Assembly (NCBI RefSeq): GCF_000711695.1
Contig: NW_013547016.1
Location: forward strand, 124,001-188,000
From: Tilletiaria anomala UBC 951
Lineage: Eukaryota
Direction: 5' to 3'
DNA length: 64,000 bases
The translations under genes were made by a program, and so were the position numbers. Of this stretch, positions 12,012 to 24,484 are shown piece by piece; the stretch's first letter is position 1, and every line of letters begins with the position of its first letter. The notes below the pieces were generated by a model, which had not been told where the DNA came from, did not search any database, and was given only the letters and a program-made list of their open reading frames with translations.

Positions 12012-13221
12012 TTACAGAATATCATTTGCATGCTTCTCTGTCTTCTCAATTGGACTCTCTTCTCGACTGGCCCAGCCCATCCAGCTCTGTTAAAGAATCG
12101 ATTGTTTTAGCTATCACAGTTAAGCGAGCACGCCAAGCTTCCGCACATACCTCATCATAGATGCTCGTCTGAATACCGAGTTGCCGGAGAGCAAGCCAGA
12201 TGGCAGCGGCAGTCATACCGCTCCCACAAGTTGCGGTAGCTGCGCTTTCTCCGCCGGAGCTCGCCTGCCTGAGCTTTTCAAGGGCCTCCATGCCGCCGAC
12301 CGCGTCTGAAACGGTCCTCCAGAGCTGCGTTTGGTCCTTCAATGTGGTGTACTTGGTCCCCTGCGGAAGGCGCGGGTCCTTGGCCGTGCGGATATTCAAG
12401 AGCGTGGGAAACGGCAGAGAGAGCGATTGAGGGATGTGACCCGAGGATAAACCTGGGCGCGGCTCGGGCTCAGTCCCATCGTATCGTCCGCGAGAGCGGG
12501 CATCAAGGACCGTCTGCCCGCCTCTTGCAGGGTTCATGCGTGCATTGGCGACCATCTCAACGTACGACCTGACCAGGCCTGCGGGGAATGGAGATGCCTC
12601 ATAGAAAGTCTTTTCAAATTTCGCAGTCGGCGCGCCTTCCTCGACTGGAAAGCCAGCATCTACCCAGCCAGGCAGTCCGCCGTCGAGAATAGATACTTTC
12701 GGATGACCGAAAGCAAGGAAAGTGAATGCGGTGCGTGGCGCAGAGAAGACGCCGTGCGTATCGTATACGACCACATGGCTGTCGCGCGAGATTCCCAGCT
12801 CCCCTGCTGCTTTTGCGAACGTCTGCTCATCTGGCATCATATGCGGCAAGTTTCGCACGCTCTCTCCCTTGGTTGCAACGGCATCTACATTCCAGAACCG
12901 CGACCCGGGTATGCGCGGCTCCCTTTGAAACTCTTGCTCGGCGTTGCGCGGGGGCTGGACATTGGGCATATGCCACGAAGCGTCCAGGATGCGCAATGGC
13001 CCGTACATGGGTCGTCCGCTGGCCTCACGGTCGCGAAAAAGCGAAAGCTGCTGCGGCTGGATGAGAAGTGGCGGCGCGCGGGCCAACGCAGCCGACGCAG
13101 CTGCTGACGATGTAGACGCCATGGTGCGCTTTGCCGCGAGACGGGAAGTGAGCGCGAATAGCTCAGGTCGCGCAAAACTTCTCTGCGAACTACGCCAGAG
13201 GCAGTTGTACGCAAAAGGCAT
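12012..13221 (-). CDS. TUM1: Two-domain rhodanese / 3-mercaptopyruvate sulfurtransferase with mitochondrial-type presequence
   Basis: ILDASWHMP, LPHMMP, LDGGLPGW, DARSRGRY, SGHIP, TCGSGMTA catalytic loop, YDE|SWMGW. One 3' intron. Confidence 0.92.
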
Positions 13222-13553
13222 ACTCGTGGCGGCTTCTTGTCGTTATCAGAGTCGCCGAGGTTGCGCGGCACGGTGCCACGTTTCAGAATGAGCCAGGTGT
13301 ACGACCACTTTGCATGAAGATTCCTACAGCTTCCTTGCTGCTGGGTGGCATTCAGCACATCCCCGTCTTCTCTGCTGGTCACACAAGTCTCACCACAAGC
13401 ATATAGAAAGCAGCTTGCAGGTATGGCGACGAGTGCAAGCCAAGATGGAGCTCTAGGTGTAGTATGTCGAAGGCAAGACAACTCAGTGACCGACTTGCTG
13501 ACGACGCTCTGCTGGCAAACCGCGGCTGTCGCGGGGCACTTCAGATGACGGTA

Positions 13554-13563
13554 GTCACGTGAC
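13554..13563. promoter_or_regulatory. Palindromic GTCACGTGAC E-box in the divergent TUM1/PYM promoter
   Basis: Perfect 10-bp palindrome with a CACGTG core (bHLH, Cbf1-type consensus). Function not shown. Confidence 0.35.
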
Positions 13564-13749
13564 CATGTGAGCTTCTTAGAGCTCACTGCAACTGGTACTT
13601 TGTATAGCACCGTACAGCCTAAAACGTGACATACATACCGTAGCATCTTATCCAAGGGGGCCTGATCTTTCTCTTGTCATTGCAGCGTGCGTCGCAACTC
13701 GGACCCGAACGGATTCCAGTCAGTCAATCAGAAAAGGTGGAATAGAGCA

Positions 13750-14628
13750 ATGTCCAAGCCTCAGCTGTTCCCGGAAACGGCCCCGGCGTCCGGGATCGTT
13801 TCTGATCCACTAACACAGCAGCGCGTCATTCCTGAATCAAGACGGGCAGATGGATCGTGCGTAATGAGACGGTGATCTGTAATGGAGGAGGAGGTGCTGA
13901 GAATAGGATTCTGATCAGCTTTTCCTCTTTTCCTTTTCTTCACTTTTCCTCGCTTCGCGTTGGTACGATCCCTTGTCTGGCGCAGCGTCCGCAAAGAGCG
14001 CAAGGTCAAGCCGGGCTTTACGCCCGCTGAGGATGTGACCAAATTCCGATCCTCACGGCAACAAGAAGCAGAACGACGCAAGCTCCCGCCAGGATCGGTG
14101 GTCGGGTACATTCGGCCCCAGCCCCCGGCTTCCAACACGGCGAGCCCGTCGTTTACGGCGGGAGCATCAGCCGGGCTAAGCAAGAGTGCCAAGAAAAACG
14201 CAAAGAGGAAAGAGGCACGTGCCAATGGCGGCCAGCAGCAATGTGAAGATGATGATGCAGATGATGACGCAGAACCGCCAGACGCTTGGGATGAGGATGT
14301 AACGCTAGCAGCTTCGTCAGCGAGCAGCAGACAGGCATCAGCCCCCGTCCCAGCAGCGGCACCATTGCGAGCACTTCACCCCGATGCGTTTTTAAAGGCC
14401 GAGATAACAACCGGATCAAAACTAACAACAGAAGCAGCAGCGCTAGCGCCAGCACAAGATCCAACCAAAAGAGCAAGAACTTTGCAGAAGAAAATTCGCG
14501 CTGCAGAGTCGCTCAAGGCCAAGCGAGATGCAGGCGAAAAGCTTTTGCCGGAGCAGCTGGCCAAGGTGGACGAGATGGATGGCATGTTGGAGGAACTGTC
14601 GAAACTCAACGTCGACAAGCCAAATTGA
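13750..14628 (+). CDS. PYM1: Partner of Y14 and Mago (PYM/WIBG, Mago-binding domain)
   Basis: RVIPESRRADGS|VRKERKVKPGFTPAEDV N-terminal motif, and C-terminal KRARTLQKKIR...LLPEQLAKV helix. Confidence 0.88.
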
Positions 14629-14855
14629 CTTTTTCATGTTGAAGAAATACTGCAGGTCCAAGAGAGCTCAAGACTCCCCTTTAGACTTGGTATTGAAGAA
14701 AATACGAAGCTCAATTGTTTGGCACACGGGAGCTATCAACAGAACTTGGGAGGCTTGTAGAGTCACTGACTAATGAGACGAGACATGCGCGTATCGTGCT
14801 TACAAGCTGGGTCGGATAATGTTCGAGGAAACAGTGCGTGTTAAACAAATGTCCA

Positions 14856-17014
14856 TCACTTAAGCCCGCGCTCAGAGTAAGGAGGCAAGTCATCATCAAT
14901 GCCGCTCTGAGCATTAGAAGTAGCAGCGGCCTGGCGCTCGCGCTCAGCTTCAGCGTCTTTGCGTGCTCTGGCCTCTGCCGTCGTCTCGTATGGACTCGCT
15001 GCCACGCCGGAGGAGGACGACGAAATGCCCGCCATAGTACTGCCGCCAACGCCCCCCGTGCTGCTACTGCCTGCTGTGGAAGCTGCAGATGGCACAACGG
15101 AGCTCTTGCGTCGGGGCAGGTAGCCAGTCTTGGGGCCGCCTTGGCCAACAATCGGCGAGCCAGTCTCCGCAACCGTTGGCTCATCCGGCGCAGTCATGGG
15201 GGACGCGAGGTCTGCGCCACCATAGTGATGAACGTCTCCCTGACCGTACGAAGCACCATCTCCAGGCGCAAGCGGGGGGTGGCGCTCATGGCCTGGAATA
15301 CCGTGGGCCAACCTCGAAGGCGAGGATGGACTGAAGGCAACGTTGCTGGGGCTAAAGCTGCTGTTGCTGCTATGGCTGCTGTTGCCGGGCAAGGGCGGCA
15401 CGCGATGTTGCTGCGGTGGGTGCTGCGTAGGCCTACCAGGCACAGGCGGCGGCGAGTCCCGGTTGAAAGAGGATGTGCGACGGTGGTACGGAACGATACC
15501 GCTGGTGGGCGAGGTGGGAATGTCGATCGGGTTCATGTTGATACGAGCCGAGAGCGGCCCGCCAGATGCAAAGCCAGATGGCGAGGAGCCGTAGAGCTGT
15601 GTGTGGCTCAGCTGAGGGCTGCTGGAAGGCAATTGCGCGGTGCTACCGGGGGGCGCAAGATGCGAAACGGCGCCATCGTTCGATAGCTGCACGCGTTCGT
15701 GGCCAGCAACGATGCCTCCGCCTCCGCTGCTCAAAGAGAGTTCCGAGCTTGAGGCCGCTTTGAGCTCCGCAGCATGACTGACGCCGAAAGACACCGTGTC
15801 ACTGCGGCCAAGACTCGAAGCTGCGCCACTGAAGACACTCGTATTGTCTGCGAAAGGCCCACTGGCAGCGCCTGCACCCGTACCTGTGCCAGCAGTCATG
15901 GACGGCACCTGCGGCAGGGTATGCTTGTCCACTTGCAGCTGCTGGATTGCTGGACCTACTGCTGCTCTGATCTCTGCCACACGGACTGCCCCTGACCATG
16001 TCGCCTCGCGTGAACGATCGCGAGGGGTACGGTCGGCAGGGAATTCAATCGGGTCTCTTTCGGGAGTAGCAGGCACTTGCTGGGCGATCAGCTTTCCATA
16101 ACGCGCTGTGAGAGCCAGCTTTTCGCCGAGCTGTGGAGGAAACGGTCAGATGCGTTTGCATGGGAACCATCTGTGTGTGTTCTTGGATTCGTGCAGCTCA
16201 CCTCGATCAAGCTGTCAAAGTACCCCTCCCATTCTTGCCGCACAGCCTGTCGCTTGCCCTTGGCGGCCTCTTCTTCTTTCGCCTTATCGTCCTGCTCGAG
16301 CTTCCTGAGAGCATCTTCCATTTCTTTCACCTTTTCGCTCTGCATGCCCGGAGCCTTGGCACGCTCAGGCATCAATGTCTGCAACTCCTTAACGATCGCA
16401 GTGCGCTTGGATCTGTGTGAGAGCAGATCTTGCGACTCGAGGGGGGCACTGGATATCGTCGCTTTGAAGGTCTTGCGCGAGGACTCGACGCGCGAGACAT
16501 GTTCAGCGTGTAGATCTCCAGTGAGGGATAGGACATAGGCGATACGATCCATACTAGTGAGATAAGTCGCTCGCGTGTCAACACGCCGTTCGAAGCCACG
16601 GTAGGGGCGATCAACTCACACATCGACGATGACCTCGTCTCCGACGCCATCAGGCCTGGTGCTGGCAACATGTTGTTGACCATAATTGTACGCTGCCATC
16701 GCTAGGGCATGCGTCTCGCGTTTGAGGGCCTCATGATCGATGCTGACTGCCTTCATGGCGTTGTTCAGCACATAGAACGAGCGGTTAGACTGCAGGCGCG
16801 GATCGAAGGAGGCAATCCCATGCCGCAGCAGGTGCGGCAAGGAAGATGTATAGGTGGACGAGGAGAGTCCAGTTGCATTGTCGTTGGCGTTGCTGCTGCC
16901 CGCGTTGTTGCTTTTGCTTGCTGCATTGGATGACTGCGCATTGGCTGCAGCTTGCTGAAGCTGGTGAGCCGCTTCCTGCGCTTTCTCCTTGGCGCGCTGA
17001 AGGAGGGAGGACAT
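14856..17014 (-). CDS. Uncharacterised protein: N-terminal helical/BAR-like (Pil1/Lsp1-like) region and a Pro/Ser-rich tail ending in LPPY (3 exons)
   Basis: ORFs 16616-17035, 16088-16552 and 14856-16076 are joined by GT-AG introns. Coiled-coil character; C-terminal DDLPPYSE. Confidence 0.6.
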
Positions 17015-17409
17015 AGTGACGGAGACCTCGTTCAACCTTCACTTTGCCTTTGCTGGGGCCAGTTGGGGGGCTAAGTAGGGTCAGGACAGGTAGTTGATAC
17101 TGGACGAGAAAGAAGGACGAGTCGCGGTTGTCAAGGAGGATTATGTGTTTGAGCCGTGAGCCATAACCCCTCTGCTGGGCAATGAATAACGACGATTGGC
17201 GACACAAGTGACGACAGAGATGTGTTGCGCCGCAAGTCACAAGCTCGACCACGCGCGCATCGAAAGCAAACTACACTTTCTGGGGACTTGGGTTCTCTCT
17301 GATCTCTATACATCACGCGGCCACACCTCACTGCCTCAAGTTACTGGCAGACTGTATGCTTATGAGTGTAGATTGCGGAAGTGGAATGCATTGCGTCTTG
17401 CCATGCGGA

Positions 17410-20400
17410 TCAGTCGGTGATTACCCTCAGTCCACCAAAGTCGGCCAGCTGCCATTCGCCTCCAACTTGCCCACGGGCGCTGGGGCAGGAGATGAAGCAT
17501 CGAGGGAGAGGCACACCCAATTTGAGTGCGACCGCTTGCACGACCACTGGCGTAAAGTCCGCCTCTATAAAGACCAGATCCACCGTGATGGTCGGGAAGG
17601 ATTCGTCAACCTTTGCTCAACATAGGTAGTGCGTCAGTGCATGTTTATCATACGAGACCCCTGGTATCGTTTCCAAGGTCTTACCAATTGGTAGTTAGCC
17701 TAAGCACAATGTCCAAAAAGGGTGGTCAGCATCTGTGGTTAGCACACAACAATGCTATCACTTTAATCTCACCTCAAGCTCGGACGGTATGCTCTCAATG
17801 GACTCGAAGCAGTGCACCACAAAAACTCGTGAAGTGTGGTCGTTCTAGGAGAAGCCCTCATCGACTGTCAGAGATCGAGTAAACCTGCGGTACACATCGC
17901 ACGCACTCACATTGCGAACATAGCTGAGCACATCGATCAAGACGCTCAACTCCTACGGACGCACAAGCAGGTAATCAGGTTCGACTTGTCGTTCGTTTGT
18001 CCTTCCAGTCTTGCCAAATTACTCACGTCCGTCTTCGTGAAATAGACCACCGGATGTTTGCGCTCATTTCGGATCCAGGCGATGAGATTCTTGCCGGCGC
18101 TAGCATGCATGCGTTTCGCGAGCCAATCGGTGCGATTCTGGTCGATGGTCCAGTAAAGCAGCTTGGCGATGCTGACCTTGCTGCTGATCAGCCAAAGCGC
18201 GCCGAGACAGACGACAGCGTAAATGGCATACAGCAGAAGAGCAAAGGGGCCGAGCGCAATGTTGAGAGCAATTGCGACGATGCCGATGCCCAGCGCGGCC
18301 AAAGTAAGAAGCAGGCCGTTGACTGGCTTTCGCGGCAGTGTCGGACGGTTGTGCTTGATCAAGAGAATGGCAACCGCAAAGAGAGACATTACGACCAGGA
18401 AACTCAAGCTCACTGCCGAAAGCAAAAGAGAAGGGAAAGTGTGACCCCAAACAGCAGCGGCTCGCAAGCACTTGGAAGACTCACAGATGGAAGACAGTGT
18501 CGACAGGCTGAATTCTGATGTTGCACACAAAATTATTGCGAGGACTAGATAAGCGCTAATACTGAATCCAGCAGCACCAGTCTTGGGGACTTGGCGAAGA
18601 ATGAAGGCGGGGAGTATCATATCTCTGCGACAATTGATGACCAGTCAGCTGAGGGAAAGATTGCTATAAGGCTCTCTTGACAGGCTCACCTTGCAAGTGC
18701 TTCTACCAAGCCTCCGAAGGAGACGATCCCGGTGATGATGCCCCCACACAACACGACGACAGCATCAATTACGACGAGAACCTTGAGCCATGGCGACCCC
18801 TTCCCCGCAGCGTCGCCAAGCAAAGCCAGAATGTTGGCTGATTTATCACCATTAGATGTAAAAGTTGAAGTAGGAATGGCGACCAGGCAAAGCAGCATCA
18901 AAGGGGCTTCTGTCACCTAAGGGCAAAGGCGGGTATGAGCACGCAATGCTAAAGCCGTATATGATGTGCACAGCTCACCAAGACTGTGATTTGCAACCAG
19001 AGAAGTGCTTTTCCGAATTGCCCTTCCTTGACGCGCGTGACGTACGACGGCGCGCATTCGAACCCCGTTAGGCCTACAAAACCAATGGCGACGCCAAAGA
19101 CGACAGCCTTCAGCACGCTTCTTCCGTTCAGCAATGAGTCTGCGTTGTACCAGTTGCTGATGAGGATGGCTGAGCCTTCTGTCGCCCAGAAAGAAATACC
19201 CGCGATGATGAGAATGCCCATGGTGGTGAGATGAAACGCCATCATCCCTAGCGCTACGCTGGAACTGTCTCGCAGGCCCAGAAGAGCGATAACAGCCAGG
19301 GCTAAAAGCAAGAGGATGGTCCAGCCAGTGTCTCCGACCTTTCCGGCTGTCTCTGCGCTCAGATAAGATGCCGCCGTACTTGCAGAGACGGCACCTGTGG
19401 CAAGCGCATCCAGCGCGGTGATGGCCGCCGCTATCAAAGCGAGCGATCGAGGCGAAATATTGCAAAAATAAGAATAGTTGACGCTGTCATTTGCGCCTAG
19501 TGCAGAAGTCAGCTCCAGCATGAGTGGCCGGAAAGGCCCGATCAAAGCGCATGCGATGAGAAGTGAGATAGGAGCGTAGACACCAGCAACGCCAAGGACT
19601 GCTGGGAGTGAATAAAAGACGCTTCCTGTGATCGCGTTGCCCGCAATGGCTGCTGCACGCCATTGCCCCAGATCGCGTTTGGGACGACGATTGATGGCTT
19701 CCCTGGCTAGTTGATAACTGCTGGGGGATAACTCTAGCAGACTCATGCTACCCCAACCCGCGAATTCCCATGCTTTCCGGCCCATATCATCAGGCCCAGA
19801 GCCATTGCGAGCGATCTTGAGCTCCTGATGTTGAGCACCGTCAAGACCGTTCGCAGCGATTGATGTTTCTGCCTCCAGAGCCGGCCTGTTTTCATCACTT
19901 CTGAACTTCAAGCCGCAACCTTCTACTTCTGGCGGTGGTTCGCTTGCCGTCCGACCTTGTTCAAGAGAGTGTTCCATCGGTGAGAAAATGCGTCTTTTGC
20001 GCTGCCGACGGACAATTGTAGCAAACTGCGACTCGGCGAATGACGGCGGATATAATGAAGTATTGTCGCCATCATCAGCTCTTGAGACATTGGCTTTTCT
20101 GCGTCTCCTGGCGATACCACTTGCGTTCTCTGCGTCGGTCGGTGCCTTGTTTCGTGACAGCGGCGAGATATGAAGCGGCAGTTCATGCCTGCGGTCGCTG
20201 TTCGGTACACCGAACGAGCCCCGACCATCGCAAGAGTGAGGCTGAGATCTGAGCTTTGTCCTTGGGCTCCCGCTGAGATCTTGATCCGGTGCCCGGGCGG
20301 GGAACCTACGGACACTACCAGTCGGCGAGATTGGTTCAGTGAGGTCTCCTGAGAGAGGGTGGGAATGCGACAACACCGGCGTGCGAGGTCGGCTTGGGCC

Positions 20401-20427
20401 TTCACCCTTGTCACCTGGGTCCCTCAT
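17410..20427 (-). CDS. APC-superfamily amino acid permease with a C-terminal soluble domain (multi-exon)
   Basis: AIAGNAITGSVFY, GLTGFE, DAVVVLCGGI..ARD..LP TM motifs. The 3' exons end ...LADFGGLRVITD* (stop 17410-17412). Confidence 0.85.
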
Positions 20428-20803
20428 CGCGAGCAGGGACGAGACTTCACTGCTGCGTGGCTAACGAGAACTGCTGAGGCGTGGCTGAATTCTCATAATC
20501 CAGTGCACACTTTGTTTTGGTTTTTGGCCTTATACTGTTGCACGCGACAAGAGTGTATACAAGGGCCGTTGAATAGGGGAGTTAACACGAAAGCCGACGA
20601 GCCGACGAGGTATATTGTGTGATGCTACTTGCGGCTTGCTAATCTGACTGTTTTGCGTTGGCTGGAGGTAAAATCTCGACGCGTCGCGCACCAAACAATC
20701 GAAACGACTACCACATGAATCACACCTCCTTGCCCTTTCTCTTGGTATTTGCATTTCAACGTCAACGACAATATGATACAACAAGAACAGAATGGATTAA
20801 TGG

Positions 20804-22460
20804 TTAGACAAAGTCGAAGCGATCAGGCACTGTGAAAGGGGCGAGTGTCTTTAGCGGCGGATACTGGAAAGGGGACAGAGGAGGGGACTGAACTCACGCA
20901 ACACCGGCGCAACCAGGCTCCAACCGTAGATGAACACGCAAAGCCAGCTGCTCACGACACGCATCCACATGGCGGTCGGGCTGCGTCCGATAGAGACTAC
21001 GGGCGCTCCGTCCTCCGTCGGATCCGTGGAAGGGCCTCCGAGCTTGACGAATCGCCTGTGGAGTCGTTCCAAAGATCGCGTCAGCAGCCGTTGAAAGGAT
21101 GGTCGCCGAAAAATGAAGGTACACACCAATCAGTCAGGAGCATAGCGGTGTAACACGCCGCAATAACAAAGACAAAGTGGAAGAAGGCGTAGTTGTAACG
21201 TGTGCCATTCCTTTCGTCGTCCCTCCCATCGCCGCCACCAGCCGCAATGTCGTCTTCATCATCCTCCTCTTCGTCCAAGGCCGACGCCGGGATCGCCCCA
21301 GCTTCGACGGCCGCCATCAAAGCCTGAATGCGCAGGTTGTCATTGCGCGTTGGCTGTTCGGTGACCACGTCTCCTTGCTCTTGCGTCGCTAATGGCCCGT
21401 ATCCGGCCGGAGAGCTGTACTCGTTTCGCTCGGCGCGCTTCTTGCCAACGAGCGCCTTGGACTGGGTAGCCGCTCGCGAGGTCGAATAGGCGATGGCAAG
21501 GAATGTGAAGAGGGCACCGACCACGACGGTGGTCGTCTTGGCGCCTCCAGCTCTCCCTCGCGCAATCGGATTACACTTCTTGTCGTCGTGGTTAAAAACG
21601 GCCGACGCGATGAGATAGGTGCAGTACGCCGCCACCATTGAGCTCTGTGCCAATCCACTGCGGGGATTTGCTTCTTGAACGACAGGCGCAATCGATAGAA
21701 TCGTCAGAACTACGCAAAGGGCGAGGTTGAAGCTAATGAAGAATTGATTGAGAGAGCAGCCACGTCCCGCAAAGAAGCCATAGAGCAAGCCGGTTACAGT
21801 GATGGCAATGGCGTACATGCCGAGCGTCGAGCCAATCAAGGTGTACTTCCAGAAATTGCTGTCGGTCCGCTCCCAGTTATCGAGACAGGTCTCTGACCAG
21901 GTATGAGCAAAGTCGACAAGGAGCACGAGGCCCACAACGATGAAGACTGACGCGAGGATGAGAGCCATGTAGTTAGCCCAAAAGACAAAGAAGCCGTTGG
22001 GGATGAAGAACGTTGCCATGACGAGGAGCAGCCACAAGAGGACCTTGGGGCCCCACCAGCCATTCTGGATTGCAGCCCGCTTGTCACGCGTGTCCTTCAC
22101 GCCGATCAGTGACAGGCCGAGGATGCAGTGGAACAAGGCCAGGGCGAAGGTGATGCGATGCACAGCCAAGACGCCGTAGCACCTATCGCGGTCTGCGCAG
22201 TCCATCTTGACCCAGCTGTAGCTCCACTCCTCGATCTTGTCCATGACGAAGCGCGTCAAGCTGAGCCATGCGAGCAGCGCATCTAAGCAGAAGATAAGCG
22301 CAAATCCGACGCGAGTAGCGATGGAGGACTGGCAGTTGCACGACTTGAAGAAAGCAGAGGCTGCGGTGGAGGTGCAAAAGAAGGCGAGGCCGGCCAAGCA
22401 CGAGGTGCCGATGCTGGCCAGCCCGCCGGTGAGGAACGGGATTGAAAGCAGAGCCCCCAT
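20804..22460 (-). CDS. TMS1: Serinc/TDE family membrane protein
   Basis: MGALLS..., CYGVLAVHR, RAAIQNGWW, LVDFAH, NPRSGLAQ, YNYAFFHFVF, LLTDW, WSLVAP..|PDRF. Confidence 0.95.
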
Positions 22461-22866
22461 AGCGGCGCACTCGAAGCCGCGATACTTTTGCTGGCTGTTG
22501 TCGCTGCGCTATGATGAGACGGGCCTCCAGTAAGATGGGAGCTGAGATATGCAAGGGCGAGTACACAGTGCTGCATATAAGTTATGGCCAAATGGAGTCT
22601 GATGTTGTGAGCAAACACTCGACTTCCGCTACACTGCGACCATTCCCCCACTTTTAGTGACAGTAATTTCCGCTCTGACCAGCTTTCGTTGATCGAATCA
22701 TCCTCTGGCATTACACCTTCAACAGTTCTCGGCAGCCGGCACCTGGACTTTTCCTGGCTGTAGCCTTTCTCGCATCCAGGCCCATCGCTGCGTTTAACTG
22801 CAAGCTCTCTCTCACTTTGGGTCTGAGCCGCGTCCCAAGCGGGATTGGTCATGCTGAGGCGCAACG

Positions 22867-23740
22867 ATGGCTGACCGCAACAAGAAGACGATCTACGTTG
22901 GTGAGTCTGTCGGCTTCCTTGTTCTCTTTGACTTCTCTTCCATTTCCGCGCAGAAGGCAGAGAGGCAGTGCTGACGCAAGAAACGAACTTGCTCGAAATA
23001 CACGGCAGGCGGGCTTCCAGCAGCGGCGGACGAGAATCTCCTGCTGTCCACATTCTCCGTCTTTGGCGATGTGCTTGAGGTGCAGATCCCTAAGGAAGGA
23101 GGCGCACACGCAGGTAGCAATGGTGCGCTTTCAATGCCGAGATGCCATTCGATGCAAGAACGCCTGGCTGATCTTTGACCCTTATTCCATAACCTGCCAC
23201 AATCTTCACGCAAACACAGCAAGAAACCGAGGGTTCGGGTTCGTAGTCTTCAGCACAACTGAGGAAGCGGAGGTAGGTGGTCGCTACGTTTTCGCACCAA
23301 GTTCGTTCGATCCATTTTATCGTTTGTTCACTTCCTTCGAATATCTTGATCAGGATGCGATCGACAACATGCACCTCAACGAGCTCGGAGGAGTGAGTTA
23401 CAACCCGGACCTGCCTTTCCGCACCTTTGTGACTTTACCACCTCGAACTCACATTTTGAAATGCGTTACGCTGCAGAAAATCATTCATGTCAATCTCGCC
23501 AAGCCGCTGAAAGCGCTGATCGGTACAAACAAGCCGGTCTGGCAAGACGAGGTGCGTGCGCGCGCATATAGCTATTTTGCACCCCCCCTACAGGCAATCT
23601 GCTAACTTGATCCCGACCTTCCCTGAAAACGCTTGCTCATGCAGGAGTGGATCAAGCAGTATGCCAAGCCGCTTGCGGGCGACGGGCCGGCAATCGACAC
23701 GGCGGCTGATACCGCAGCCGCTGGCGAGGAGCAAGCTTGA
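22867..23740 (+). CDS. Single-RRM protein resembling the N-terminal RRM of cyclophilin E/Cyp33 (6 small exons)
   Basis: MADRNKKTIYV|GGLP...FSVFGDVLEVQIP...|RNRGFGFVVF...|DAIDNMHLNELGG|KIIHVNLAKP...KPVWQDE|EWIKQY; stop 23738-23740. Confidence 0.8.
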
Positions 23741-24484
23741 AAAGCTTACTCTCTCCACCGGTTGCCTTTACGAGACTAGCCGCTCAGAGAGCATGCAATC
23801 ACTTGAAGTGACGGGGCAGCGCCTGCACTGCACGCCAGTCCGAAGTTTGCTCTAGGCGCACACACCTGCCCGAAGCACGAGTGCTCGCAGAGGCATGCAT
23901 TGTGCTCCACTCGGGCCCATCGTCTCCAGCTTGCCAGTTTGTGCGCTTGCCCAGCACAAGCGCCAGCCCTGAGCGTGCTGGGCAAACTCGACAAGCATAA
24001 ATCGCACTATTTTGCGGCCGAATACATCATGTCTGGCGGCGCATTCATTCGCGACGCAAGCCACGCGCGAGCACGCGCCTGCCATCTCGACCGTCATTCC
24101 AGAAACGCACCCACTCCGGCGGGGACTGGAGACTATACCTACCACGCGTATGTAACAATATCTTAGAATGCACACGGACGCTCATCATCCGACTGGCACG
24201 AAGATGAGAGCAGGAAAACGTTTTAAACAATCCAGGCCAGGCGTGGCATATCGTACGTGATGAGAAGTCGTGAATGCATTGATGCAGAACTGATGGCACA
24301 ACAGAGTGATTAATGAAACCGAACAAGTACTCGCGTTCGCGTTCACCTTCGTCTTGATCGGACGGCGGCGGCGGCAGCTGCATCGGCACTGCTCGGCGTA
24401 CAGCATGGCGCCGCTGCAGCTCTCCCATGTGCAAGTGCTAGTGCTCATCGTCCCATCTCGCGCTGGCGGCTCCGCATCGTCGCC

